DNA from: an uncultured Chitinophagaceae bacterium
Lineage (GTDB): Bacteria; Bacteroidota; Bacteroidia; Cytophagales; Cytophagaceae
Direction of reading: 5' to 3'
Length of the DNA: 64,000 nucleotides
NCBI GenBank assembly: GCA_964454665.1
Contig: CAYVTO010000004.1
Span: forward strand, 144,229-208,228
Part shown: positions 36,819 through 46,223 of the stretch, one piece after another
Layout of the letters: every line of letters begins with the position of its first letter
How positions within the stretch are numbered: position 1 is the stretch's first letter
Notes under the pieces: generated by a model
What the model was told of the DNA's origin: nothing
Database searches by the model: none
The model's input: only the letters and a program-made list of their open reading frames with translations
Translations under genes and position numbers: made by a program

Positions 36819-36837
36819 GTTGCAATATATATGCAAC
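36819..36837. promoter_or_regulatory. candidate ArsR operator
   Basis: Inverted repeat GTTGCA-atatata-TGCAAC lies 33 nt upstream of the ArsR start codon. Confidence 0.4.
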
Positions 36838-36911
36838 TTTTCAGTTTCGCAATTTTTTTGAGATTTTTTTTGGGCCGGTTAAAAATCAGTGAAAATTATC
36901 CGTTGGTCTCC

Positions 36912-36955
36912 GCTGGGCTGGTGCGAGCATCTTGCTGGGCTGGCGAGCATCTTGC
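36912..36955. repeat. GC-rich tandem direct repeat (22 + 20 nt)
   Basis: gctgggctggtgcgagcatctt / gctgggctgg--cgagcatctt lies immediately 3' of the stop codon of the large protease gene. Confidence 0.8.
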
Positions 36956-36963
36956 AAATCACC

Positions 36964-39900
36964 TTACTTCGTAATCAGCCATTTTAAGTGGTGTCTGTGA
37001 CCGAATTCTGTTTCCAACCGGATGATGTACAGGCTACCGCTGAGGCTTGTGAGGAGTTGATTCAACAAAGCATCAATCTCTTCGATGCGGTCGTAGTCTT
37101 CAGCGATCAATTTTCCATCGGTAGAGAACACCGCCACTTTTAAGCGCAGGTCTTCCACTTGGCAGGTATTCATGAGTCGTACCACGTTTTTACTCGGATT
37201 GGGAGCCAGGAAGAAATAGAGGGTACAGTCTGGTATTTCGTCGCTGCCACCGCCGTTGTTACCGCCACCACCGTCGCAGTTTTTAACCGGAAGGTCGGGA
37301 ACCTGAACCGGGTACACTTCAATACATTTTTTTCCGATAAGCGTCAGTTGTGCCGACGTGTTGGGTTGCATTAATTTAGGATAGTCCTGTGTGCCGTCAG
37401 ACCACGTAAACCCAGTGTATCCTGCGGCATGGAACGTAACCGACACGCTCTCCCCTTGACATAGGATATCTGGAGAAAAATGGAAGACCGGTACCTGGAA
37501 AATTTCATGTTCAATGGAAATGGAATCGCTCCAGTCATCGGCCGGGCAATTTGAACTTTTAACTTTATACACTCCCGGACGGTTGATGTACAGGATGGGT
37601 GACGTATTGGATGCCGTTACAGACAATGAATCCCAAAGGTAACTGCCGACCGAAGGATGTACGGAAATCGCAAATGTTTCATCTTTACAGAGCAGTGTAT
37701 CACCCGTGATGGTCAGACCAGCAGAACCGCTGTAGAACTCCACGGTATCGCGTACGATGCATTCTTCCGTTCCGGCTTCTACCTGGTAAATACCCGCTGA
37801 AACTACATCTATCGTACGGGTTTGATCGCCTGTGTTCCATCGGTACCAGTTGTAGCCAATGCCAGCATCAAGCGTCACGCTGCCGGAGCTGCACAAGAAG
37901 CGGTCTGCCCCCAAGTCAATGGCCAGTGACGTGTCACGCGAAATGACAATGGAATCGCTGTAGTCATGTCCGCAATACTTGGCAGATACATGGTACTGCC
38001 CGAAACCGTAAACAGTCGTAGATCGTTCGCTGATACCGTTGCTCCATAAGTAACGATCAAAACCGGGGCCTGCATCCAGAAAGAGCACTTTCCCTTCGCA
38101 GTACGACGTATCATTGCCAAGGTCAATACTCATAGCAGGTGGAACGGATAAAGAGTCGATCAAGACTTCGATGAATTCACTGATCAGACAATCGAAGTGA
38201 TCGGTCATTTGTCCAATCAGGAGGTAAGTTCCCGAGCGGTAGAAGTGTAGCTTGTCGTCCTCGATCTCATAACTGTTGGCCTGCCATGGAATCACGTTGA
38301 GGCTGAGAACGGGAGACATGGCAACAAGCGTCAGCGTATCGTCGCATGTTTCGTAAAAATGGTGAGAGAGCATGCGTGGAATCCAGTAGAGCACAGAGTC
38401 TGTACCGGTACCGCAGTCATTGGTATAGCTTAAGATGTACCAACCTTCTTCGGAAACTTCCACCTGTTGCTGCACGAGATCGGTACCGTCGGGTAATTTC
38501 CATGAATACGTATGGAATCCGTCAGGCGCCGAAAAGACAGGATTGGAACCGATACATTCGAAGAGTGTGTCTTTCGACAGGATGTTGTCGGGAATATCTT
38601 TCCATAACTGAAGGGTATCGGTAAACAGGCATCCGTATTTTCCTACACGGGCGATGTAAGCACCTTGATTGGACGCAAGAATAGAGGTGCTGGTTTCACC
38701 AGTGTTCCACCAGTAGCTGTCCATGCCTACAGGAGCATGCAGTTGCAGGGCATCTGTTCCGCACAAGGAAGTGTCGCGTCCCAGGTTCAGTTCGGGAAGT
38801 GTGCGATGGATAATCCGAAGAGAATCGATGGCTACACAGCCCGCAGCATTAACCGTCCGAAGCCTGACGGTACTACTGGTTACAGATGGATTATAGAATG
38901 CAATGTGCGTATAGGAATTGTTATTATTCCACTGGTATTCGTCATAGCCGGTAGGTCCGGTGAGGGTGACCCAAGGTGTTTCTTTACAAACTAATGTGTC
39001 AGGCCCCAGGTCAAACGGAGCAGGTACTCCGGATATGATGTACAGCGTGTCGTACATGTCATTGCAGGGAGCAGTGCGTTTCACAATCAAGGTATCGCTG
39101 CCGCTTTGGGTAAAGGTGATGGAAACGGTGGTATCGTTGACCAAGGTCAGTGCATTGCTGCCATGGTGCGTCCAAGAGTACGTCGCATGGCCAACAGGTG
39201 AAACGTGGTAGCGCAAGGTCGTGTCGGTGTTGGTGCGACATACTTTTTGCGGACCCACAATTTTCGGTTGGGCCGAAAATAATACACTTTGTACCGGATT
39301 AGGCAATCCGTAAAATGAACGACTGTTGCCGTAAAGTTTGAATCCATAAATATCGAACCCGCAATCTTGGGGATTTGCTGCATTGGGATTGTTGATGACA
39401 GACAGGTAGCTTTGTTCGCGTCGTGCGCAATAGATGCGTCCGTCAGGGGCAAGCTGTATGGCCCCGCCGCCACTGGGTCCGGCATAGATGGTTGCCATAG
39501 AATTTTTAATGGCTGCAGACGAACCGGCTTGCAGGTCAAAGCGCACAATATTGATCTGACCGATCAATGAACCGTACAGGTATCTTTCGTTGGGAGAAAA
39601 GGCTACACCGTACACATTTCCGCCGGTATGTAAGGTGACAGGATTGGAGACCACACCGGTTGATGCGTTAAAGTCAAAACATTCGTACAAGCCTTTACCT
39701 TGAATGGCCAAAGCCAGCTTTCTTCCCGACGGAGAACTTTTCAATTCTCCCAGTGACAGTGAGCCCACTCCTGGCACAGGAGAATTGTGGATGGTGCCTG
39801 CGTGACTGACCACCGCACCGCTGATGCCGGAAGCTGTTACCATCCATGCATAGAAGGCATTAGAATTCCATTCATGAGCGATGACCCAGATGCCGTTACC

Positions 39901-41895
39901 ATTCAGGCTTTTTACGGCCGTTACCTTTTCCACTACTGGTGCTTTAAGCAAGATGTTCTTTTGTGTGACTTCCCCTTTGCCCCCATCGCCTTGCCTGTCA
40001 ATGACAGAATAGTAAATGCCTCCCGTACGTCCAGCTGCTTCTCCCGCCTGGTAGTCGACAGAGAAAAGGTACACGTAACGGTTGTTGCCGGGTTGTGGTA
40101 CAAACAGCGCACTCTGTGTGGTGGTCGTGTGTCCGTGCAGGTTATCGCCGTTCAGTAGTGTGAGTCCGGTCTGACTGTTTTGCACCGATGCTCCCATGGA
40201 GTGATAAACAGGATTGCCGTCATAGTCGCACAGCACCGCGCAACCTTCTTCTGCGCTGATTTTTCCGGGAATGGCTTTCGGTGGATTCGCATTGAAGTCA
40301 ATGCCTCCGCCCATTCCGAAATACCAGGTATTATTTTCTTTATTGACGGTACATGTTCCCGGTCGCAAAAAATAAGGCGGACTGGTCAGCGAGCAATTGC
40401 CATTGCTGGCTTTCAGCGTGATCAATTTCCCTTCGGTGCCCGTTACAGTATAGTTCAGGGTAGGACCGGTACCTGCCGTTATTCCATCTACCTGCCAGGT
40501 GTACGAGTAGATATTGGTATTGGCTTGAAACTGTACGGTTTCACCGGGAGTTACGAAATCCTGAGGGGAAGCGGTAAAAGAGAACGCTACGGGGAATGTA
40601 CAGTCGACATAGAGTATTTTAGAAAGCGTGATGAGGCAACCTGTATTGATGATACGTACTTTGACATCGACAGATTGGGCCGTTTCAAATGTTTGTACCC
40701 AGGGATTTCCCGCTTGAAACGTCCCATCGATTTCCCATAAAACAAGTTGCACTGGTTCGGATGTATTGACCTGAAACGTCACTGGAACACCGGCAGCTAC
40801 AGTATCGGGGAGAATCAGGCTAGCCTGAAGTGGTTGTGGACATCCATCACACAAGCCTGGATTATTGAGCAGGCTGTAGCGTACATTGACAATGGCGTCA
40901 CGCATGCGACTACGCTGTCCTTCGGTAAAGGTATTCTGGCATTCTTGAAAGCCGTAATCCATGTAGTTTTCATGCATGTCGGGCTGATCTCCAAGTCCGC
41001 CCAAGGCCACGGAACGAAACGGATTGTTGGTGGAAAAGTCTGCGTCATCGGTAGTACAGCTGTTGGCATTGCCATGGCAGAGTACGCCAGCGGTAGAAGC
41101 GTCAGGAGGTGTATCACACACCCGGTCGCCATCCAGCAGGCAATTGTCGTTTTTACATCCTCCTTCAAACGTATGGTAGAGGCCCAGGTAATGTCCCATC
41201 TCATGAATCATCACCCGGGCACCGATAGGATTATTGCCCAGGAATTCTGCTTCGATCACGATGCCATCCAGAGGAGATCCATGTACGTGCGGAAACATGG
41301 CGTATCCTGCCAGGCCAGGCCCTATATGTAGAGAAGACAATGAACGGACAACCCAGACATTGATGTAGGCGCTTGGATCCCATTGCATGAGACTTTTGAG
41401 GGAAGCGTCATCCGTTTCTAAAATTGCATCGGTCAACGCAGAAGTCTGACGTGTAATGCCGATACCCAAGGTACCATCCGGTTTTTTGGCAGCGAGGCAA
41501 AAACTGATTTGCGTGGATACCGAGGAAGGCCCGTTGAATGGCACTTCATTAGCGAATGCATCGTTCAACAATTCCACCGAGCGTTCAATGTCTACATCCG
41601 ATAAATTCTCAGGACCGTTTTGATGAATGATGTGAAAAACGATAGGAAGTTTATACTTGGTTGTATCGTCTTCAGTAATGCTCAAGGGTTTTTCAAACAT
41701 TCTCCGTTCAAAAAGTAAGCGCTGGTTGGCGTCTTTCTTATCGTGCAGCAAAATATCAGATCCACATTCGCTGCCGGAATAATCTCCTGAACCTTGAGAA
41801 ATGATCTGTGCGTTTATTTTTGCTGTCAGAAAGAACATGCAAGCACACACGATCAAAAACGAATGAATATTTATTGTTTGTAAAAGTCCCTTCAT
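36964..41895 (-). CDS. 1643-aa T9SS cargo: M43 (pappalysin/cytophagalysin-type) zinc metalloprotease + PKD-like domains + beta-propeller + repeated Cys-bracketed modules + T9SS C-terminal domain
   Basis: Signal peptide ...TAKINAQ. The metzincin motif HEMGHYLGLYHTFEGGC...DRVCDTPPD is present. The central region starts NTWYFG..GIDF and is common in Bacteroidota surface proteins. There are at least 6 copies of a ~70-aa LG.D...C....L.A..G...Y.W module. The C-terminal segment APNPSKNVVRL...GSLYIIRL looks like a sorting domain. Confidence 0.85.
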   Translation of the reverse strand: MKGLLQTINIHSFLIVCACMFFLTAKINAQIISQGSGDYSGSECGSDILLHDKKDANQRLLFERRMFEKPLSITEDDTTKYKLPIVFHIIHQNGPENLSDVDIERSVELLNDAFANEVPFNGPSSVSTQISFCLAAKKPDGTLGIGITRQTSALTDAILETDDASLKSLMQWDPSAYINVWVVRSLSSLHIGPGLAGYAMFPHVHGSPLDGIVIEAEFLGNNPIGARVMIHEMGHYLGLYHTFEGGCKNDNCLLDGDRVCDTPPDASTAGVLCHGNANSCTTDDADFSTNNPFRSVALGGLGDQPDMHENYMDYGFQECQNTFTEGQRSRMRDAIVNVRYSLLNNPGLCDGCPQPLQASLILPDTVAAGVPVTFQVNTSEPVQLVLWEIDGTFQAGNPWVQTFETAQSVDVKVRIINTGCLITLSKILYVDCTFPVAFSFTASPQDFVTPGETVQFQANTNIYSYTWQVDGITAGTGPTLNYTVTGTEGKLITLKASNGNCSLTSPPYFLRPGTCTVNKENNTWYFGMGGGIDFNANPPKAIPGKISAEEGCAVLCDYDGNPVYHSMGASVQNSQTGLTLLNGDNLHGHTTTTQSALFVPQPGNNRYVYLFSVDYQAGEAAGRTGGIYYSVIDRQGDGGKGEVTQKNILLKAPVVEKVTAVKSLNGNGIWVIAHEWNSNAFYAWMVTASGISGAVVSHAGTIHNSPVPGVGSLSLGELKSSPSGRKLALAIQGKGLYECFDFNASTGVVSNPVTLHTGGNVYGVAFSPNERYLYGSLIGQINIVRFDLQAGSSAAIKNSMATIYAGPSGGGAIQLAPDGRIYCARREQSYLSVINNPNAANPQDCGFDIYGFKLYGNSRSFYGLPNPVQSVLFSAQPKIVGPQKVCRTNTDTTLRYHVSPVGHATYSWTHHGSNALTLVNDTTVSITFTQSGSDTLIVKRTAPCNDMYDTLYIISGVPAPFDLGPDTLVCKETPWVTLTGPTGYDEYQWNNNNSYTHIAFYNPSVTSSTVRLRTVNAAGCVAIDSLRIIHRTLPELNLGRDTSLCGTDALQLHAPVGMDSYWWNTGETSTSILASNQGAYIARVGKYGCLFTDTLQLWKDIPDNILSKDTLFECIGSNPVFSAPDGFHTYSWKLPDGTDLVQQQVEVSEEGWYILSYTNDCGTGTDSVLYWIPRMLSHHFYETCDDTLTLVAMSPVLSLNVIPWQANSYEIEDDKLHFYRSGTYLLIGQMTDHFDCLISEFIEVLIDSLSVPPAMSIDLGNDTSYCEGKVLFLDAGPGFDRYLWSNGISERSTTVYGFGQYHVSAKYCGHDYSDSIVISRDTSLAIDLGADRFLCSSGSVTLDAGIGYNWYRWNTGDQTRTIDVVSAGIYQVEAGTEECIVRDTVEFYSGSAGLTITGDTLLCKDETFAISVHPSVGSYLWDSLSVTASNTSPILYINRPGVYKVKSSNCPADDWSDSISIEHEIFQVPVFHFSPDILCQGESVSVTFHAAGYTGFTWSDGTQDYPKLMQPNTSAQLTLIGKKCIEVYPVQVPDLPVKNCDGGGGNNGGGSDEIPDCTLYFFLAPNPSKNVVRLMNTCQVEDLRLKVAVFSTDGKLIAEDYDRIEEIDALLNQLLTSLSGSLYIIRLETEFGHRHHLKWLITK

Positions 41896-42227
41896 AAATC
41901 TCCGGCATGGTTATACTATATGTACAAGTAGATAAGAGAAAAGTAACCCTTCTTATTAGGAAAAAAAGTAATCACAATACGGATCAAACATGTAAGTAAC
42001 ATCTAATCACTTGTCTACTGGCGCATTCTATGACAAAGTCAATAGTACAAAACTACTATTTTTGTAAACAAAAGATAACCATTACAAACAATAGCCTACA
42101 AAATATTCTTTTATACTCATGGCCAAACCCGAGCGATAAGCTCTATGTATTATAGGCACAAGGCCATGTCTTATGCCAGCAGGGTATTTGAACCAATACA
42201 ACAACGTGACTAAAATGTATTTCAAAT

Positions 42228-45200
42228 TCATCTCATTGCATTAAGTTCATTCCAAAAACGAGCCCGATCAAACCAAAAGTTTCTGGCATGTACATAATTC
42301 ATTTTCCATCCTTTTTGCTCAAACATCATTTTACTGTACCCGTGCCAATCGGAAACAGAAGGAGCATAAAAATAACGGTGTTCGTCTGTAAAAATTAATT
42401 GGTGTTCATTGCTATCATCTCTTAAATCGGAAAAATGAGTACTCGTATATCGACCTGTAAATTGCTTTTTTATCTCATGTGCTAATCCTTTTGAAGAAAC
42501 TTCATGCTGTTCCAGTACTTGAGAAGTATGATATGCATTCGACTGTTCATATACATATTGCATATACATTTTTAATAATTGGACTCCTTTGTTTTTATGA
42601 TGATCTACTTGCAAATCATCAGGAGAAATACTGGAAACCACAACTACTTTTTCTTTCGCACGTGTAATGGCTACATTTAATCTGTTTTCTCCCCCATCTT
42701 GGCTTAAGCTACCGAATTGACTTACCATTTTACCTGCTGTATTTTTAGCGTAGGCTACAGAAAAAATAATGATGTCTCGTTCATCTCCCTGAACATTTTC
42801 AATGTTCTTAATCATGACATCAGAAGGTAAATGAGGAATAGCCATTTCTAGTTGTTCTCGAATTAAAAAAGCTTGCTGGTAATTAAATGTAATAACTCCT
42901 ATAGTTTTTGTGGGATGAGAACTCAAATAAGATTTTACCAATTCAACAACCTTGTCCGCTTCTATACGGTTGACATGGTTTTCCCAAATCCCGTTGACTT
43001 TCATATAATGCAAAACTTGTGTTTTGTGATAAGCAACGTCTGGAATAACACGCAGGGCATTGTCATAAAAATGTTCATTTGAAAAACGAATCAAAGGTTC
43101 TGACTTACTTCTGTAATGTCCTTTTAGCATTTGAGAAGGCAAATAACGATCAGAAAACTCCAGTAAGGATTCAATCTCATAATCAATATCTTCTTCCTCA
43201 TCATCTGATTTATAACGAACACGGTATAAATCAGATGGTTTTAATTGCCTGGTATCGCCGATAACAACTGCTTGTTTCCCTCTAAATAAAGAAGGGAAAG
43301 CTTTTTCAACAAAACATTGAGAGGCTTCATCAAAAATGACCAAGTCAAATAAATCATGCAAAGGGAAAATCGTCGATGCCGTTTCAGGAGAAGCCAACCA
43401 ACAAGGCAATAAACTCAACACTTCTTCTTCGTGTGTAGAGATTATTTTTCTAAGAGGCCAAACATTTCTTTTTTTAGTCACCTGATAATTTAAATCTCTA
43501 TACGTAACTTGTCGATGAAGTCGATTATACGTAATGCCAGCGTATACCCACTCTCGTAATTTTATTTTTAAAAATTCTAACGAAATGACATATCGCCGTT
43601 TAATTAAGGTCTGAAGTTCTTGCTCCTTTAATGCCCACTCTGGCGTTGAAACTGTTTTTAAAATTGGAGCTAGACGTTCTTTTTCTTCAATCCAACAACG
43701 AATGACGGATTGACTAAAAACGACCATCAATTCCTGTTTATCAAGAGAAGGGAAAGCCTGTACAATTTTATCAAACGATCTCCACAATAATGGATCCACG
43801 TTATTTTTAAGCTGTGTAAAGCCCAGCCAATAATCAAAATGGCATTGAACAAAATCTAACCAAAATGTTCTATAATCTTTCTCAGAAAAAATTCGATCAA
43901 TGGCCAATGGATTCCAATAGGCAAAATATGCCTGCAATGCCTGATCTCTCGACTTAACCACAGAAACCAAAGATTGAAGTCTCTCTTTGTATTTTTTATG
44001 TGAAGACCATAAACGCGCCAATGCTGGAATTTCAAATAACGCTTCTTTTTCCTTTTGTATTTGAAACCAAAGATTGATTTGATGTATAAAAACCTCACGT
44101 GTAAATCCTTCTTCTGAATGAATAAAAGGGAAAGCACTCCATTCTTTTCTAAGGGATAATAAAGATTGAAGAGCATACAATCGATTTAATAAAAGATCAA
44201 AACCTTTTTTATTCCAATCAATCGGGAGAGAAGACTGCCATAAAAACAATTTACGGTATTTGATTCTTCCCCAGAAAGAAAAAAACAACCGCTTTATAGC
44301 TGTCCGTTTATAACGCTTCAACAAAGAAATCCACTGAGGAATCTGTTCTTCTATTGGAATCGTATTCACGATTTGAAGAACATCAAAATGTCGGTTTATA
44401 TCCTCTTCCCATTTTTTTATTTTTTGAAAAGAAATTTCTTGTAGCTCATCATACGTTAAATCATAGCGATCAATCAGTGCATTTTTTTGCCATGTATTAA
44501 GCTGCACCATCCATTCTTTAACATAGGAAATGGGAATAAATTGCAAATACTCTTCCTCTTGTTCCCAAGTGTGAATTTGTTGATGAAGACGATCTACATT
44601 CGAAAGAAGACGTACCAGCACTTCTTGATCATCTCTTGTTACGGTATAATCTGCATGTACATCATGAAACAATGTTTGCTTAGACTTGAGCACATCATAA
44701 TAAAACAAATACTGTTCAAAATAACCTGAATGAGCTTCTAATGCATGTGCAGGAATACTTCTAAATTCATGACTCAAATCAACGTAAAGAGCCGAACGAT
44801 TCGCTTTTAAATACAAGGCATGTGCCGTATCTCCTCCTATAGAAGTATCATACAAAGCCTCTTTGTACTTAGAAAAAAAGTGGGTTAACCGAGCAATGGA
44901 TGATTGTACGCGAGAAAATTCTTTCTCCAACACAATCGTATCTGGATGTATGTTTTGTTTCTTATACTCTTCTGCACATGCAATTTGATCGGCCAGTTTG
45001 GCATACACTTCTTTTTTATCGGCCACCGCATCATGTACAAGTGAAACAAAAGACGATAAGTCTATTTGATTTAAACGCTCATAGATCACATCAAGCGCCG
45101 CTCTTTTTTGGCAGATCACTAAAATCTTTTTCCCTTTACCTAAAAACTGAGCAATCAAATTGCAAATCAACTGGGTCTTGCCACTACCAGGAGGACCTTG

Positions 45201-46124
45201 AACAACCAACGATTTCCCCGCCGCCACATCATTGATGATATTTTCTTGTGACCCATCAATGGACAAAGGGGTAAACTGCATTGCAGCACTTAAATCTTCT
45301 TCTTTTTTAGGATTAAACAACTGCGCAAAAACCTGCTCTACGGTTTGTTCTTCTACTTCTTTTTTCAAGCATGCATAATCGGCATGAATGTAAGAAGCAG
45401 ACTGTGGGAAAAGCCCCATCACAGCGTATGGTTTGAGCTGGTATTGACCTGGGCTGTACTTAGCATGTAAATCTTCTTTGGTGACAGATAAAAAATGAGC
45501 CAAATTGGTCGATAAAAAATCTCGCTCAAAAGAAATACTCCAACCCTGAGTTCTCAGCTGTTGAATAAGGGAAACCCTGAAATCTTGTTCCGCTGTATCT
45601 TCGATACCTGTTAAAGGTAATTCTAACCACTCTTTATCAAAATGATATTCTTCATACAGTGACAAGGATAAAAACAAAGACCTGTTCCAAAAGGCTTCTA
45701 CTCCTGCTGTTTTTTCTAAAAATATTTCCCTCCCTTGGATTTTCAACGTGTACGGAAAAAAAGCTAAAGGAGCGCGCAACGGCATTTCATTTTTCAATAC
45801 CCCTTCCACAAAAGGCCAACCCACATAAAAATCTGCACTCCCCGTTTCTTCCCCAATAAGCTGATGGGTACGTATCAAACGCTTCACTTCTTCCACTACC
45901 GAATCTAGATCCTCCCCTTTGATGTGTTGAACATCGGCAATCTTGACAGAAGCATTGCCTGAAAGCAAGTGTTTTAGCACTTCTAAACCCGAAAATGCCG
46001 ATAAATAATCCCAATGCATCAGGTCTGAATATTTCCCCTTATACGCCTTCGGTAAAAATATCGATCGATTAGAGGCAGAAAGGTCTAATAAACGGTTTCG
46101 AAATATGGTAAGCAGTGTTTTCAA
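42228..46124 (-). CDS. DUF4011-type Upf1/DNA2-like SF1 helicase with C-terminal Vsr/DUF559-like nuclease fold
   Basis: Walker A LVVQGPPGSGKTQ, Walker B LVIFDEASQC about 620 aa further on, then VQGDERDIIIFS and RLNVAITRAKEKVVVV. The N-terminal LLDLSASNRSIFL is DUF4011-like. The C-terminal FSDLRDD..HQLIFTDE...FEQKGWKMNYVHARNFW resembles a restriction-endonuclease-like fold. Confidence 0.8.
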   Translation of the reverse strand: MKTLLTIFRNRLLDLSASNRSIFLPKAYKGKYSDLMHWDYLSAFSGLEVLKHLLSGNASVKIADVQHIKGEDLDSVVEEVKRLIRTHQLIGEETGSADFYVGWPFVEGVLKNEMPLRAPLAFFPYTLKIQGREIFLEKTAGVEAFWNRSLFLSLSLYEEYHFDKEWLELPLTGIEDTAEQDFRVSLIQQLRTQGWSISFERDFLSTNLAHFLSVTKEDLHAKYSPGQYQLKPYAVMGLFPQSASYIHADYACLKKEVEEQTVEQVFAQLFNPKKEEDLSAAMQFTPLSIDGSQENIINDVAAGKSLVVQGPPGSGKTQLICNLIAQFLGKGKKILVICQKRAALDVIYERLNQIDLSSFVSLVHDAVADKKEVYAKLADQIACAEEYKKQNIHPDTIVLEKEFSRVQSSIARLTHFFSKYKEALYDTSIGGDTAHALYLKANRSALYVDLSHEFRSIPAHALEAHSGYFEQYLFYYDVLKSKQTLFHDVHADYTVTRDDQEVLVRLLSNVDRLHQQIHTWEQEEEYLQFIPISYVKEWMVQLNTWQKNALIDRYDLTYDELQEISFQKIKKWEEDINRHFDVLQIVNTIPIEEQIPQWISLLKRYKRTAIKRLFFSFWGRIKYRKLFLWQSSLPIDWNKKGFDLLLNRLYALQSLLSLRKEWSAFPFIHSEEGFTREVFIHQINLWFQIQKEKEALFEIPALARLWSSHKKYKERLQSLVSVVKSRDQALQAYFAYWNPLAIDRIFSEKDYRTFWLDFVQCHFDYWLGFTQLKNNVDPLLWRSFDKIVQAFPSLDKQELMVVFSQSVIRCWIEEKERLAPILKTVSTPEWALKEQELQTLIKRRYVISLEFLKIKLREWVYAGITYNRLHRQVTYRDLNYQVTKKRNVWPLRKIISTHEEEVLSLLPCWLASPETASTIFPLHDLFDLVIFDEASQCFVEKAFPSLFRGKQAVVIGDTRQLKPSDLYRVRYKSDDEEEDIDYEIESLLEFSDRYLPSQMLKGHYRSKSEPLIRFSNEHFYDNALRVIPDVAYHKTQVLHYMKVNGIWENHVNRIEADKVVELVKSYLSSHPTKTIGVITFNYQQAFLIREQLEMAIPHLPSDVMIKNIENVQGDERDIIIFSVAYAKNTAGKMVSQFGSLSQDGGENRLNVAITRAKEKVVVVSSISPDDLQVDHHKNKGVQLLKMYMQYVYEQSNAYHTSQVLEQHEVSSKGLAHEIKKQFTGRYTSTHFSDLRDDSNEHQLIFTDEHRYFYAPSVSDWHGYSKMMFEQKGWKMNYVHARNFWFDRARFWNELNAMR

Positions 46125-46223
46125 TGGCTTGCTTTATAAGCAAATATACTCATTGCTCAGGAAAGGAGAAGGATGTGTTGCCTTAATAAATTATTTTTTT
46201 CATCTTACTAAACTATAAAAAGT

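Noticed and set aside
40180-41331. Two long plus-strand ORFs (186 and 194 aa), and several shorter ones, antisense to the 1643-aa protease gene.
   Set aside because: They lie entirely inside a gene with strong domain evidence on the other strand. Their translations are low-complexity R/G/C/I-rich with no motifs. Long antisense ORFs are expected where GC is locally ~50-55 %.
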